A stretch of DNA of 63,988 nucleotides, the filler included, from an uncultured Methanoregulaceae archaeon (GTDB lineage: Archaea; Halobacteriota; Methanomicrobia; Methanomicrobiales; Methanospirillaceae), in the NCBI GenBank assembly GCA_964530035.1. It is 9 parts of 9 records of this genome, joined end to end, with 100 filler letters (N's around TTAATTAATTAA, not from the genome) between each part and the next. Parts side by side here need not be neighbours in the genome. Positions count along the whole stretch, not along the records: positions 39,150 to 46,744 come from CAZGXZ010000127.1; positions 46,845 to 54,410 come from CAZGXZ010000128.1; 7 more parts are not named here. The stretch is one strand, 5' to 3'. The position numbers and the translations under genes are program-made. The notes below the pieces were generated by a model. The model was not told where the DNA came from, searched no databases, and saw only the letters and a list, made by a program, of their open reading frames with translations. Below are positions 41,954 through 52,895 of this stretch, in pieces; the first letter of the stretch is position 1, and the number at the start of each line of letters is the position of its first letter.

Positions 41954-43675
41954 TCAGGGCGTTACCCTGTCCCGGCAGGGACGTACTTCCGGATGAGGTC
42001 CGTGCATCATCTCGTTGAGAGCCGCTCCTGCAGGGACCATGGGAAACACGTTGTCCTCGGGTGCGATCCTGAAATCGACGAGGAACGGACCCTCAGATTC
42101 TAACGCTGTATGTATCGCAGGTACTGCACCGTCGCAGGACTCCACGGTAATCCCGTCTATCCCAAAGGAACGTGCAATCCGCGCAAAATCCATCAGCGGG
42201 AGCTCAGTGTACGAGTACCTGCGTTCATAGAAGAGCTCCTGCCACTGCCTGACCATCCCGAGGAACATGTTGTTCATGATGAAGATCTTGACCGGGATGT
42301 TGTACTGGCGGACCGTGGCGAGCTCCTGGATGTTCATCTGGATGCCCCCGTCCCCGGAAATACAGACGACCGTCGAACCAGGACGTGCACAGGCTGCACC
42401 TAGTGCAGCCGGAAGCCCGAACCCCATCGTGCCGAGGCCACCCGAGGTGATGAACTGCCGGGGAGCCGTGAAACAGAAGTGGCGGGCCGCCCACATCTGG
42501 TGCTGGCCGACATCGGTGACAATGACCGTGTCCCTGTCAGAGAGGTCGCTTATCCCGGATATGATCGACCATGGGTGGATGAGACCGTCCTGTTCAGCGG
42601 TCGTTTCCGTGGTATTCTTCTGCCACCCGGCAATCTTCCTTCGCCAGGCATCATGGCTGCTATTATTGTACAGCCTCTCGAGGAGGTCGGCGAGGACCTT
42701 CCTCACATCCCCTACGACCGGCAGGTCTGCGTGCCGGTTCTTGCCGATCTCTGCCGGGTCGATATCGACGTGGATGACCTCCGCTTGCGGGGCAAAGGCC
42801 TCGAGCCGGCCGGTGACCCGGTCATCAAAGCGTGCCCCAAGCGCAATGAGAAGGTCACACTCCATCACGGCATGGTTCGCCTGTTCGGTCCCATGCATCC
42901 CGATCATGCCGAGATTGAGCGGATGGTCCCCGGGAATACAGCCGATCCCCATGAGGGTCGTGGTGACCGGGATCATCATCCGTTCGGCAAGCCGGACGAC
43001 CTCGCGGGACGCACCTGCTGCGATGACTCCGCCTCCGGCATAGATGACTGGTCGTTCGGAACGGGCAATCATTTCAGCCATGCGTGCTAGCTGTCGCGGG
43101 TGACCGTCCAGGGTGGGCCGGTACCCTTGCAGGATCGCTGGACTACCGGGTTGTTCAAACGGGGCGAACTCTACACTGACGTCCTTGGGGATGTCGATGA
43201 GCACCGGCCCATTCCGGCCGCTTCCGGCGATAAGGAACGCCTCCTCGATGGTCCTGGCGAGTTCCCCGGTATTTTTCACGAGGTAGTTGTGCTTCGTGAC
43301 TGGTTTCGTCATACCCGTGATATCCGCCTCCTGGAAGGCATCCCTGCCGATGAGAGACGTCGGGACCTGGCCGGTTATTGCGACAAGCGGGCTTGAGTCC
43401 ATGTAAGCGGTTGCTATACCAGTTATGAGGTTGCAGGCCCCGGGACCGGATGTAGCGATGCAGACTCCTGTACGGCCACTCGCCCGGGCATACCCGTCAG
43501 CAGCATGTGCTGCGGCCTGTTCGTGCCGTACCAGGATGTGCCGGAGCGGCGAGGAGTACAGCTCGTCATATATCGGAAGCACGGTTGCCCCGGGATACCC
43601 GAACAGTGTCGTCACCCCCTGCCTGATGAGCGATCCGACGAGTATGGCGGCACCGCTCTTCATGCACGGGTTCAT
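41954..43675 (-). CDS. ilvB: Acetolactate synthase large subunit
   Basis: FGYPG, RHEQ, TSGPG, RFDDRVTG, DVGQHQMW, GLGTMGFG, GDGG..NN. Confidence 0.95.
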   Translation of the reverse strand: MNPCMKSGAAILVGSLIRQGVTTLFGYPGATVLPIYDELYSSPLRHILVRHEQAAAHAADGYARASGRTGVCIATSGPGACNLITGIATAYMDSSPLVAITGQVPTSLIGRDAFQEADITGMTKPVTKHNYLVKNTGELARTIEEAFLIAGSGRNGPVLIDIPKDVSVEFAPFEQPGSPAILQGYRPTLDGHPRQLARMAEMIARSERPVIYAGGGVIAAGASREVVRLAERMMIPVTTTLMGIGCIPGDHPLNLGMIGMHGTEQANHAVMECDLLIALGARFDDRVTGRLEAFAPQAEVIHVDIDPAEIGKNRHADLPVVGDVRKVLADLLERLYNNSSHDAWRRKIAGWQKNTTETTAEQDGLIHPWSIISGISDLSDRDTVIVTDVGQHQMWAARHFCFTAPRQFITSGGLGTMGFGLPAALGAACARPGSTVVCISGDGGIQMNIQELATVRQYNIPVKIFIMNNMFLGMVRQWQELFYERRYSYTELPLMDFARIARSFGIDGITVESCDGAVPAIHTALESEGPFLVDFRIAPEDNVFPMVPAGAALNEMMHGPHPEVRPCRDRVTP

Positions 43676-44079
43676 GGTCCGCTCCGTGGCCAGGTATCAG
43701 CCGGGCCTGCAGTATGTACGACCGGAGATGCCTGCTTCGACCGGATGCCGGGGAGGAACCGGGGGGAAAAAACGTGGAAAACCTGCGGTAATCGATGGCG
43801 GTTCTCGAAAAACGCGTTCACTATGGCGATACCTGTTTTAGGATATGCAGTCCTGTTCAACCGTGGACAGGGTGCATGATGGCCTGGGGATAACAAAACT
43901 CTCCGTCATGGTTGTCCATCACATGGTATCATTACACCCTCCCCTCTAAAAAATCTTGTTCCATGTGACCGGAATCCCAGTGATACGCTATCGTCTCTCT
44001 CGCGGTGCACTCTCCGGAAACAGCGAGCACCGTTCTGCCGTTCGAAAAAAATATCCCCCGGAACGATAACTGACGCAGT

Positions 44080-44445
44080 ATGAAGACTCTCCCCATACTG
44101 CTTATAGCCGCCCTGGTCATCCTTGCCTGCCTGCCCGGCTGCATCGACGTCTCTCCATCCGGGTCAAAGCCTGCAGCAATCCAGGGAAAACCAAAATATA
44201 TCGCCGGAGACATCTCGGGCAAGGAGAAGGGCGACATTACCGGGTCGCTTATACTCGGGTATACCCCTGGCACCGATATGTACACTACGCACACGGTCTA
44301 TTTCCAGGACGGGAAATGGATGTATTTCCTCGAATGGAAACCTTCCGAGTACAGCCGGGACTTCCATGATCGATATGAACCTGTCCTCCTGGGGCACATC
44401 GACCCAAAGACCATCGAGCAGTACGATTTCAGCAGGCCATTGTAA
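44080..44445 (+). CDS. Hypothetical lipoprotein
   Basis: MKTLPILLIAALVILACLPGC lipobox-like signal. Confidence 0.65.
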   Translation: MKTLPILLIAALVILACLPGCIDVSPSGSKPAAIQGKPKYIAGDISGKEKGDITGSLILGYTPGTDMYTTHTVYFQDGKWMYFLEWKPSEYSRDFHDRYEPVLLGHIDPKTIEQYDFSRPL

Positions 44446-44657
44446 TCACCGGGCCGCTCATTTTCCATGATGCCTGTCCGGTGGGGGTTGTGATCCTGCA
44501 ATCCTTTTTCATAAAGGTCCGATGGACAGCGGGTGCCCCGCGTGGCAAGGTGTAAAGTCCATGCTCCTGACGGAACCACGGGCAGAACCCCGGCATCCAT
44601 GACCCGGGGGAGAGAAACACCCACTATATCCCGGCGACCACAATTCTATCAGGAACC

Positions 44658-45503
44658 ATGCCATCAGACCGGATCACAATAGGAAAGTTCTCTTCGCTGA
44701 CGTTTCTTTCGCAGAAGGCATTACGCCTGTATGACCAGAAAGGTATCCTTATCCCGGGCGTGAAGGACCGGTTCACCGGGTACAGGTATTACACGGTTGA
44801 CCAGATCGAGACCGCACTGCGTATCAAGACTCTCTGCAACCTCGGGTTCGGATTGGCCGAGATCGGTGTGATGCTCTCAGCCCTCTCGAGGGGTGATGAT
44901 GCAGGGGTCACGGCCTGCCTCGCGAAGCGACACCGCGAGACCGTGTCCGAGATCGGACGGCTGGAGAAGATATCATCCCTTCTGATGGAAAATGGAAATT
45001 TTTCAGAGTTGTTTGCCATGAACATATCAGAACCAGTACTGAAAACCATCCCCCCTGTTCGGATCATCTCCGGAAGGAGGATCGGATCCTATGAGAGCGT
45101 CTGTTCCACGGTTTCCCGCACCCTTATCGACATCCTGTCAAGCCCGGAAAACCAGAGAAACGGCGTTACCGTCACCGGTCCCTGCATGTCGCTCTGCTAT
45201 GACAGCGAGTACCGCGAGACCGATGCAGACATCGAGATGGCTCTTCCCGTGCAGGGAAATGTCATCGTGCATGAGCCTGGTTATTCAGTCAGGACTCTCC
45301 CCGCAGTCCGGGTCGTTTCTGTGATTTACAAGGGCCCGTACGAGCATGAGGGTTTCCTGGCCGCATTTCAGAACGTATTCAGGTTCGTAGCTGATCATGG
45401 ACTGGAACCGGAAGGCCCTGACAGGCAGCTGTACCTCAACGACCCTGATGTAACTCCTCCGGAAGAGCTGTTGACCGAGGTCCAGGTACCGGTCAGGGGA
45501 TAG
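44658..45503 (+). CDS. MerR family regulator with GyrI-like domain
   Basis: IGKFS..ALRLYD..G, DRFTGYRYY, YKGPYE, LTEVQVPV. Confidence 0.92.
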   Translation: MPSDRITIGKFSSLTFLSQKALRLYDQKGILIPGVKDRFTGYRYYTVDQIETALRIKTLCNLGFGLAEIGVMLSALSRGDDAGVTACLAKRHRETVSEIGRLEKISSLLMENGNFSELFAMNISEPVLKTIPPVRIISGRRIGSYESVCSTVSRTLIDILSSPENQRNGVTVTGPCMSLCYDSEYRETDADIEMALPVQGNVIVHEPGYSVRTLPAVRVVSVIYKGPYEHEGFLAAFQNVFRFVADHGLEPEGPDRQLYLNDPDVTPPEELLTEVQVPVRG

Positions 45504-45868
45504 TACCTCCCCTCCTCCCCATATTCAGGACCCTGGTCCTTTTCAACCTTAGAAATCATCCGGCTCTTAATCTCCTGCCGGACCTCCTGAAATCTTTCAT
45601 CCCCCTGAAGCAAGGGCATCTCTCGTATCCCCTGCCATAGACCCATCCGGCCCGTGGAGAATGGAACGCCGCGATCATGGTGCAGGTTACATGAAACGCC
45701 ATATCTTTGATAATGGGATTATTTTCTCCTTTACCTGGATAATTCATGTTTCCGGATAATGCCGGAGGGAAGGATAATTGTTCAACTGCACCACTTTTTT
45801 AGACAGGGCCAAGTAATAAGAACCAGGGTGGTAATGAACTCCTGTTGACACGAGGGAGGCCTGCTGGC

Positions 45869-46744
45869 ATGGAAAATACCTATTTCGAGGAGTACAGAAA
45901 ATCAATAGAAGATCCTCCCGCTTTCTGGGAAAAGGCAGCGGATTCGATCAGCTGGTTCAGGCGGTGGGACCGGGTATGCAATGACGACCAGCCACCCTTC
46001 ACCCGCTGGTTCGAAGGAGGGATCCTGAACACCTGTTACAACGCGCTCGACCGCCACGTGGAATGTGGAAAAGGGGACCATGTAGCACTCATTTATGATA
46101 GTCCCGTTACATCGACCATCCGGAAGTATACCTACCGGGAGCTCCTTGACCTGACGGCCCGGTGCGCCGGCGGTCTTGTGCGGCTCGGGGTTGAAAAAGG
46201 TGACCGGGTCCTGATCTACATGCCGATGGTCCCGGAAGCCGTCATATCCATGCTCGCCTGCGCCAGGATCGGGGCCATCCACTCGGTCGTGTTCGGAGGG
46301 TTCGCCCCCAGGGAACTGGCGACCAGGATCGAGGACGCGAAGCCGGTCTGCATCATCACCTCCTCGTGCGGGATCGAGGTGAGCCGGATCATTCCTTACA
46401 AGCCGCTCCTTGATACCGCGATCGGAATGTGTTCGCACAAGCCTCCCCACTGCATTATCGTCCAGCGCCCCCAATGCCCGTCGGAACCTGTCGCCGGACG
46501 GGACCACGACTGGGAGGAGGTCATCGGGGGAGAGCCTGCACCGTGCGTTCCCGTGGCTGCAACCGATCCCCTCTACATCCTCTACACATCAGGTACGACC
46601 GGAAAACCAAAAGGGGTGCTCCGGGACAACGGCGGCCACCTTGTGGCCCTCAACTGGAGCATGAAGCATATCTATGGCATGGAGCCCGGCGATGTCTACT
46701 GGGCGGCATCGGATATCGGCTGGGTGGTCGGGCATTCGTACATC
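45869..46744 (+). CDS. Propionyl-CoA/acetyl-CoA synthetase (PrpE-like), truncated
   Basis: WFEGG.LNTCYNALDRH, YTSGTTGKPKG, RDNGGH, ASDIGWVVGHSYI. Confidence 0.88.
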
Positions 46745-46844
46745 NNNNNNNNNNNNNNNNNNNNNNNNNNNNNNNNNNNNNNNNNNNNTTAATTAATTAA
46801 NNNNNNNNNNNNNNNNNNNNNNNNNNNNNNNNNNNNNNNNNNNN
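46745..46844. other. Artificial contig-join spacer
   Basis: N-run with TTAATTAATTAA. Confidence 0.98.
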
Positions 46845-47030
46845 CAGAAAACAACGGGTAACAGGAAACCGCTTGCGGCTTGCCATGGCTATCGTATGCA
46901 GGGGGTCTGAGGGGGCGGCAGCCCCCCGGTTCTCATCTCTCTCGTCCTCTGCCTGTTCAAGGTGAGAACCAAAAAACCAGCTCTGTTAGAACCCAGTGAT
47001 CTGGGTTGCAGCTGAAGGAGATCTCTCATG
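46845..47030. repeat. Dispersed structured non-coding repeat, copy A (partial, at contig start)
   Basis: ttgcc.ggctatcgtatgcagggggt..gggggcggcagcccccc.ggttctcat...ttgcagctga.ggag shared with 55.7k and 63.9k/63.5k. Confidence 0.9.
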
Positions 47031-47149
47031 GTCGATTTTCAGGCGGGAACGGTACGTGCCACCAGTGATGAAAGGAAGACAACTGATGGCCCCGCCCCTG
47101 GAAGCCCGGGAAGAGACCCCAGCCCCTCCAGGGGATGGGGAGAGAGGAA

Positions 47150-47977
47150 TCAGCCCCCTGCATATTTCAGGGCGAGTTCCTCGAGGTCCCCAATCTCCAT
47201 AGGGGTCGGGATGGTGAGGACGGGTTCCCCGGTGACGGTCCCGGCGAGCTCCCGGTATCGTTCAGCCTGGGGAGAGCCCGGGGAGAACTCAAGCACGGTC
47301 ATCCGGTTCAGCTCGGCCTGCTGGACGACCGGGTCACGGGGGATGAATGCAGCCAGGGAACTGTTGATCCGGGACGCGAACTCGGCGAGGAGCTCCCGTT
47401 CGCCCGGGGTCCCCCGGGCGTTCCCGATGACCCCGGCAAGGCGGCACAGGCTTTTCCTGTTCCGTGAAAGTCGTTCAATGGCCTTTGATATATTGTTTGC
47501 AGCATAGAGCGCCATCAGCTCCCCGGACGTCACGAGGTAGATCTCGCGGGCATACCCCTCCCGCATCGGCATCGCGAACCCGCCACACACCACGTCCCCG
47601 AGGACGTCGTACACGATGATCTCGGAGTCAAGGGCCCCGAGCCGCTCGAGGACCTGGAAGGTCGCGATAATGCCCCGCCCGGCGCAGCCAATCCCGGGCT
47701 CGGGACCGCCGGCCTCGACACACCTGACCCCTGCGAAACCCGGGAAGACGATCTCCTCAATGCTGATGTCCCGGTCTCCCTTTTCCCTGACAAGGTCCAT
47801 GACGGTCGGAATAAGCCTGCCGTGCATGAGCATCCGGGTGCTGTCGCGTTTCGGGTCGCAGCCGATCTGGAGCACCCGTCTCCCTGACAGGGCGAGGGCT
47901 GCCGACAGGTTTGCCGAGGTGGTCGATTTCCCAATCCCACCCTTGCCATAGATGGCGATCTGACGCATCTTCATCAT
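47150..47977 (-). CDS. cfbC: NifH-like ATP-dependent reductase, probably CfbC (coenzyme F430 biosynthesis)
   Basis: [40 protein letters not shown]; no nifDK/nifI on contig. Confidence 0.8.
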   Translation of the reverse strand: MMKMRQIAIYGKGGIGKSTTSANLSAALALSGRRVLQIGCDPKRDSTRMLMHGRLIPTVMDLVREKGDRDISIEEIVFPGFAGVRCVEAGGPEPGIGCAGRGIIATFQVLERLGALDSEIIVYDVLGDVVCGGFAMPMREGYAREIYLVTSGELMALYAANNISKAIERLSRNRKSLCRLAGVIGNARGTPGERELLAEFASRINSSLAAFIPRDPVVQQAELNRMTVLEFSPGSPQAERYRELAGTVTGEPVLTIPTPMEIGDLEELALKYAGG

Positions 47978-48205
47978 TCTATTCGCCTGAAACGAGATAA
48001 ACCCGCAGGAGATGGGATCCTCCGGGTCAGGCGGGAGTTCCCCCGGGCGCAGGGAATGGCTTATGAGACATAAGGACGGCTATCCCTGCCGGATAAACTT
48101 CGGGATGTAAAAAAGCGAGCCTGCCCTGCCACCACCTGCCTTTACGGCAGGGGGCCCGGGTTCATCTCCCGTTCCCCCGGAAGGGAACCCGGGGTGGTCC
48201 CTGGC

Positions 48206-49390
48206 TCATCTCAGACCGATGGACGCATGTTTTTCCGCGATATTCCCGGCGAGGCGGTCAAGCGCCATGAACTCCTTTGCACCCGGAGCTCCCCTGACCA
48301 TGACCGGTTCAATGACCTCCGCCTTGACGTGGGTGAGCATCCCGGTGAGCTGGTCGAGCGTCTTTCCGCCCCAGCCGTATGACCCGACCACGGACAGGAA
48401 CCTGGTCTTTGGTTTCAGCATGTTTGCAATGAACGCAATATTCGCAACAAGCGGGTGGGGGCCGAAGAGGACGGTGGGAGTGCCGATGACGACCGTGGCC
48501 GCATCGACAAGGGAGTTCGCGATAGCTCCGAGGTCACTTGAGGTGAGCGGGAATACCCTGACCCCGATACCGCGGGCCATGAGGGCCCCTGCAAGGTGGT
48601 TCACCATCTTTTCCGTGCTCCCGTGCATCGAGACATACAGGATGACGACCTCGTTTTTCACTTCGTCCGATGTCCAGGTGCGGTATGCGTCGATCACCGG
48701 TGCCGTCGGCCTGAGGCAGGGCCCGTGGCTCGGGGCGATGACCTCCGGGCCCATCGCGGAGACCCGGTCGAGGTACGTCCTGATGCTCCCCCGGAACGGC
48801 ATCATGATCTCGGCGTAATACCGTTTCGATGCCGTCTCCCTAATGGCAGCCCCATCGGTATACAGATCGCTTGTGGCGTAATGCGAACCGAAAAGGTCGC
48901 AGGAGAAGAGGATACGGTCCTCCTTCAGGTAGGTGAGCATTGTCTCGGGCCAGTGGACCCAGGGGGCCATGATAAACTCGAGGGTTTTCCCGCCGAGGTC
49001 AAGCGTCTCGCCGTCCTTCACCGCGATGATACGTTCCGGGTCGATATCGAGGAGCGCCGGGAGAAGCTCCCTGCACTTCTCTGAACAGACCACCTTCGCC
49101 GCGGGAAACAACTCGGCGAGCATCGGGACGGATCCGGAGTGGTCCTGCTCGGCATGGTTCACGACAAGGTAGTCCACCCGGTCCGTCTTTGCATCCACCA
49201 GGTTCTTTACCAGCTCAAACTCCATCGAGGGGTCGACGGTATCGATAAGGGCCGTCTTCTCGGAACCCCTGACAAGGTAGGCGTTGTAGCTCGTCCCGTC
49301 AGGAAGGGGGATGAGCGAGTCAAAGAGTCTTCTCCCCCAGTCGATGGCACCGACCGAGTATACTCCGGATGCGAGTTCGCGCACGACCAT
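48206..49390 (-). CDS. fprA: Flavodiiron protein (FprA)
   Basis: GTSYNAY, HAEQDH, VHWPE, SCD.FG, PSHG, SMHGST, GSYGWGG. Confidence 0.93.
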   Translation of the reverse strand: MVVRELASGVYSVGAIDWGRRLFDSLIPLPDGTSYNAYLVRGSEKTALIDTVDPSMEFELVKNLVDAKTDRVDYLVVNHAEQDHSGSVPMLAELFPAAKVVCSEKCRELLPALLDIDPERIIAVKDGETLDLGGKTLEFIMAPWVHWPETMLTYLKEDRILFSCDLFGSHYATSDLYTDGAAIRETASKRYYAEIMMPFRGSIRTYLDRVSAMGPEVIAPSHGPCLRPTAPVIDAYRTWTSDEVKNEVVILYVSMHGSTEKMVNHLAGALMARGIGVRVFPLTSSDLGAIANSLVDAATVVIGTPTVLFGPHPLVANIAFIANMLKPKTRFLSVVGSYGWGGKTLDQLTGMLTHVKAEVIEPVMVRGAPGAKEFMALDRLAGNIAEKHASIGLR

Positions 49391-49406
49391 GGTTGCGTCC
49401 CTCCTT

Positions 49407-49565
49407 TCACTCTTCCCTGAAAAGAGCCTTTCCGGCCCCGCATACCGGGCAGCGATACTCTTTCGGAAGGCTGGAGAAGTCAGTACCCGGTGCGATGCCA
49501 GAGGACGGCTCTCCTGTCCCCGGGTTGTACTGGTGGCCACAGATGGTGCAGATATGGAGTGTCAT
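49407..49565 (-). CDS. Rubredoxin
   Basis: CTICGHQY...PGTDF..LP...CPVCG. Confidence 0.93.
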   Translation of the reverse strand: MTLHICTICGHQYNPGTGEPSSGIAPGTDFSSLPKEYRCPVCGAGKALFREE

Positions 49566-49760
49566 GAAGGAATCATTTATCCCATTTTTCACCGGCGGCT
49601 ATAGCGGTTTCGATATACCTGTACGGATCCCTCATATGACCGCTCCATCCTTAACCGGGTATTCATATATAATAGTTTGTTGTTCTAGTATGCATTATAG
49701 AAATACATATTAATAATGTAATGATATCTAGTATCATCGTAACCTTTTGCGTGAGCTGAC

Positions 49761-51665
49761 ATGAGAGCCCATAAACAGACAGAACTGGACCGTATCAGGG
49801 AAATCCTTGCTGCGCATCCAAAAGGGCTTACTATTGAAGAAATTTCCCAGATGCTCCCCCTCAACCGGAACTCGACGGCAAAATACCTCAATACCCTCCA
49901 CATCTCCGGGCAGGTCGAGCTCCGCGAGTTTGGGAGGGCAAAGGTCTTTTCCCTGACCGAGAGGGTCCCCCTCTCCCAGATGCTCTCCCTGTCAAGGGAC
50001 CTTATCCTCGTGCTGGACAATGACCGGTTCATCCTCCATACCAACGACTCCCTCCTCGACTTCTTCGGCATGGAACGGCAGGACCTGATCGGTCACCGGA
50101 TCGAATATACTCCGCTTGCAGGGTCGTTCCCGGAATCAATTAAAACCCGCCTCCAGGAGGCAGCCGCAGGCAGCAAAAGCAACCAGGAGGTCTGTATCGT
50201 CCGTGACGGCGAGGAGAACTACTTCCAGCTCTCCATGGTCCCGATCGTCTTCGACAGCGGTTCGTCAGGCATTTCCCTCTGCTTCGAGGACATCACTGAT
50301 CTGAGAAACTACCAGATCTACCTTGAACACCTGGTCGAGGAACGGACCGAAAAGCTCGACCTGAGCAACCAGAGGCTGAAACAAAAGATCGAGGAGTTAA
50401 AAGCCGTCAAAAACGACCTGGAGGCCAGCGAAAAACGGTTCAGGCTGCTTGCGAAGAACGCACGGGACATCATCTACCGGATCATCACCGGGCCTGAGCC
50501 GTGGTACGAGTACGTAAGCCCGGCCATTGAGACTATCACAGGGTATAGTTATGACTCGTTTATCGCCGACCCGAGGTTTGCGTTCTCCATCGTACACCCC
50601 GCTGACCGGGGTATCCTCGCCGATATCCTTGCAGGAAAGGCTTTTTCCGAGGAGGTCAGGATCCGGTGGGTCCGCAAGGACGGGTCGGTGATCTGGATTG
50701 GTGAGAAAAACACCCCGGTCTATGACGAAAAAGGAACGGTTGTCATGATAGAGGGGATCGCCCGGGACATTTCCGAGCGGGTGCATGTAGAGGAGGAACT
50801 GGCAGCCTCGAATGCCTACAACCGCGGCCTCATCGAGACCAGCCTGGACCCCATGATAGCAATTGACCAGGCCGGCATCATCCGTGATGCGAACCGGGCG
50901 ATGGAAAGTATCACCGGGGTGGAGCGCAGCGGGGTCATCGGATCACCGGTGTCTTCATGGTTTGTCCAGCACGCCGAGGTCGAGGGGGCGCTCCGCCAGG
51001 CGGAAGATTCGGGATCGGTGAGGAATGTCAGCCTGGTCCTGCTGGGGAGGAACGGTACACGGGTCCCTGTCCTCCTGACCGCCGGGGCTTTTGATAACGG
51101 CCAGAAAGGGAGGCACCATGTCCTCGCAACGGTCCGCGACATCACGGAGCTCACAGAGTGCGAAAATGCCCTCTCGAAAGCTGAGGCCGGATACAGGACC
51201 CTCCTCGCGATGTCCCCGAACGGTGTGTTCCTTACCGACCTTGGCGGCTCTGTCCTCCTTGTCAACCGCAAGGCGGTCATCATGACCGGGTACCTCGACG
51301 AGGGCTCCCTCATGGGGAAGGACATCACCGCCATCATCCCCGAGGTCCCGCTTCTTGATTCCCTCCTTGAGAGGGTGAAGACCGGAGAGCGGGTGCAGAT
51401 CCCGATGACCCCGATCATCACGGCCGACGGGGGGCGGACATGCGCCGACGTGACCATCGGAATGGTCCCCTCCCGGAGTGAGGAGCCGTCGGCACTCCTG
51501 TTCCTCCTGATTGACCCGGTGGCCCGGCCTTTCGGAGTCAGGGAACACGGGGTGAAGCCCGGGCCTGTCGGGTACCACGAGGTGGTGACCGACCCGTTGT
51601 CCAACGGGGTCCAGGCCCCGAGTATCCGCGGGTTTCCAGACCGGAGTTCTTTTACACGGTCATAA
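49761..51665 (+). CDS. wHTH + multi-PAS one-component regulator
   Basis: PKGLTIEEIS..L.LNRNSTAKYL..L..SGQVE HTH; ~4 PAS domains. Confidence 0.88.
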   Translation: MRAHKQTELDRIREILAAHPKGLTIEEISQMLPLNRNSTAKYLNTLHISGQVELREFGRAKVFSLTERVPLSQMLSLSRDLILVLDNDRFILHTNDSLLDFFGMERQDLIGHRIEYTPLAGSFPESIKTRLQEAAAGSKSNQEVCIVRDGEENYFQLSMVPIVFDSGSSGISLCFEDITDLRNYQIYLEHLVEERTEKLDLSNQRLKQKIEELKAVKNDLEASEKRFRLLAKNARDIIYRIITGPEPWYEYVSPAIETITGYSYDSFIADPRFAFSIVHPADRGILADILAGKAFSEEVRIRWVRKDGSVIWIGEKNTPVYDEKGTVVMIEGIARDISERVHVEEELAASNAYNRGLIETSLDPMIAIDQAGIIRDANRAMESITGVERSGVIGSPVSSWFVQHAEVEGALRQAEDSGSVRNVSLVLLGRNGTRVPVLLTAGAFDNGQKGRHHVLATVRDITELTECENALSKAEAGYRTLLAMSPNGVFLTDLGGSVLLVNRKAVIMTGYLDEGSLMGKDITAIIPEVPLLDSLLERVKTGERVQIPMTPIITADGGRTCADVTIGMVPSRSEEPSALLFLLIDPVARPFGVREHGVKPGPVGYHEVVTDPLSNGVQAPSIRGFPDRSSFTRS

Positions 51666-51773
51666 TACCAGACGGCCAGCCATTCTCTTTGTTATCCCGT
51701 CCTGGTTCACCATCAGGCAGGTGGAGCTACCTTTATATTCCGCGGGCCGGACTCTTCACAGAGTTTAACGCCT

Positions 51774-52850
51774 ATGCCGACCATGAAAATCAGGGGAGGG
51801 GACCTCGACCTCGTGGAGTACGAGTTCACCTCCTTTGAACCCGGAGAGCGCATCAAGACGCTCGGTATCAGCCGTCCCGTCACCCGGGAGCCCCTGCCAG
51901 GGACCATCAGGGTCAGGGCCCCGGCACGGATACACCTGACCGTCCTTGACATGAACCGTTTCGCCCCGAACCGCCCGGGAGGAGGGGGGATCGGGTTCGC
52001 CATCGGGGTCTACTGCGAGGCCGAGGTCAGGGCGGTCCCGGACGGACTGACCATCGATTACACCCGCCAGGCCATCATCAGGCATTTCGTTTCTGTTTTC
52101 AAGGAGGTCACCGGGTATAAAGGCGGGTTCGAGATCACCGCCAGGGACCACAAGTACAAGCACGTCGGTCTCGGCTCGACGAGCACCGTTCTGACCGCGG
52201 TCGCGACCGCCATGAACCGTGCGGTAGGGTCCCCCCTGGGCAGGGACGAAATCAGGCTCCTTATCGGCAACAACTACATCGAGGAGACCGAGGGGGGGAG
52301 GATCGTCTCCGGCTTCGAGACAGGGGTCGGCCCTGCCGTGTCCACCTACGGGGGGCTCGCGGTGATGGGAGATGCACTCACCCTTGCCTATCACCACCCG
52401 TTCGCAGAGGGGGCCCATGTCCACATCATCATCCCGCCGACGCCCGAATCTTCGGCAGGGGACCAGGAGTTCAACCTCCTGATGAACCGTGCACGGACGC
52501 TCGATTACCGGGACCGGGAACTGAAGGCATACCTCGCCCTGATGGACCTCATTCCGGCGGTTGAGACCGGAGACCTGAAGCGTGCCGGGGACATCATCTG
52601 GGAGATGGACTTCCGGGGCTCGAAGAGGGCCGAGGTCGAACACCACAGCTTCGACATCTACACCTACATGAGCGCTATCAGGACAGCCGGGTTCGAGTTC
52701 GTGGGGATGTCGTCGGTGGGGCCGTCGATCGCGGTTATCACCACGAGGCCGAAGGAAGACCTCGAGCCGGTCCTCGCGAAGATGGGGATCACCCGGATGA
52801 TCACGACGCAGGTGGACAACGCGGGGCTCGTGGTCACCGGCGACCAGTAA
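51774..52850 (+). CDS. GHMP kinase family, beta-RFAP synthase-like
   Basis: PARIHL, GGGIGFA, HVGLGSTS, GMSSVGP, VDNAG. Confidence 0.8.
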   Translation: MPTMKIRGGDLDLVEYEFTSFEPGERIKTLGISRPVTREPLPGTIRVRAPARIHLTVLDMNRFAPNRPGGGGIGFAIGVYCEAEVRAVPDGLTIDYTRQAIIRHFVSVFKEVTGYKGGFEITARDHKYKHVGLGSTSTVLTAVATAMNRAVGSPLGRDEIRLLIGNNYIEETEGGRIVSGFETGVGPAVSTYGGLAVMGDALTLAYHHPFAEGAHVHIIIPPTPESSAGDQEFNLLMNRARTLDYRDRELKAYLALMDLIPAVETGDLKRAGDIIWEMDFRGSKRAEVEHHSFDIYTYMSAIRTAGFEFVGMSSVGPSIAVITTRPKEDLEPVLAKMGITRMITTQVDNAGLVVTGDQ

Positions 52851-52895
52851 CCATTTTTTCAAAAGGATTTGTTGCAGGAAGCCGGACCGGGGGGG

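Noticed and set aside
47150..47977. nifH indicating nitrogen fixation
   Set aside because: No nifDK/nifI on the contig; sequence and solitary context fit the CfbC-type paralog of methanogens.
51765..52862. Long antisense ORFs (also 22578-23348, 42267-43043, 56010-56915, 62634-63410)
   Set aside because: Shadow frames of well-supported genes in GC-rich DNA.
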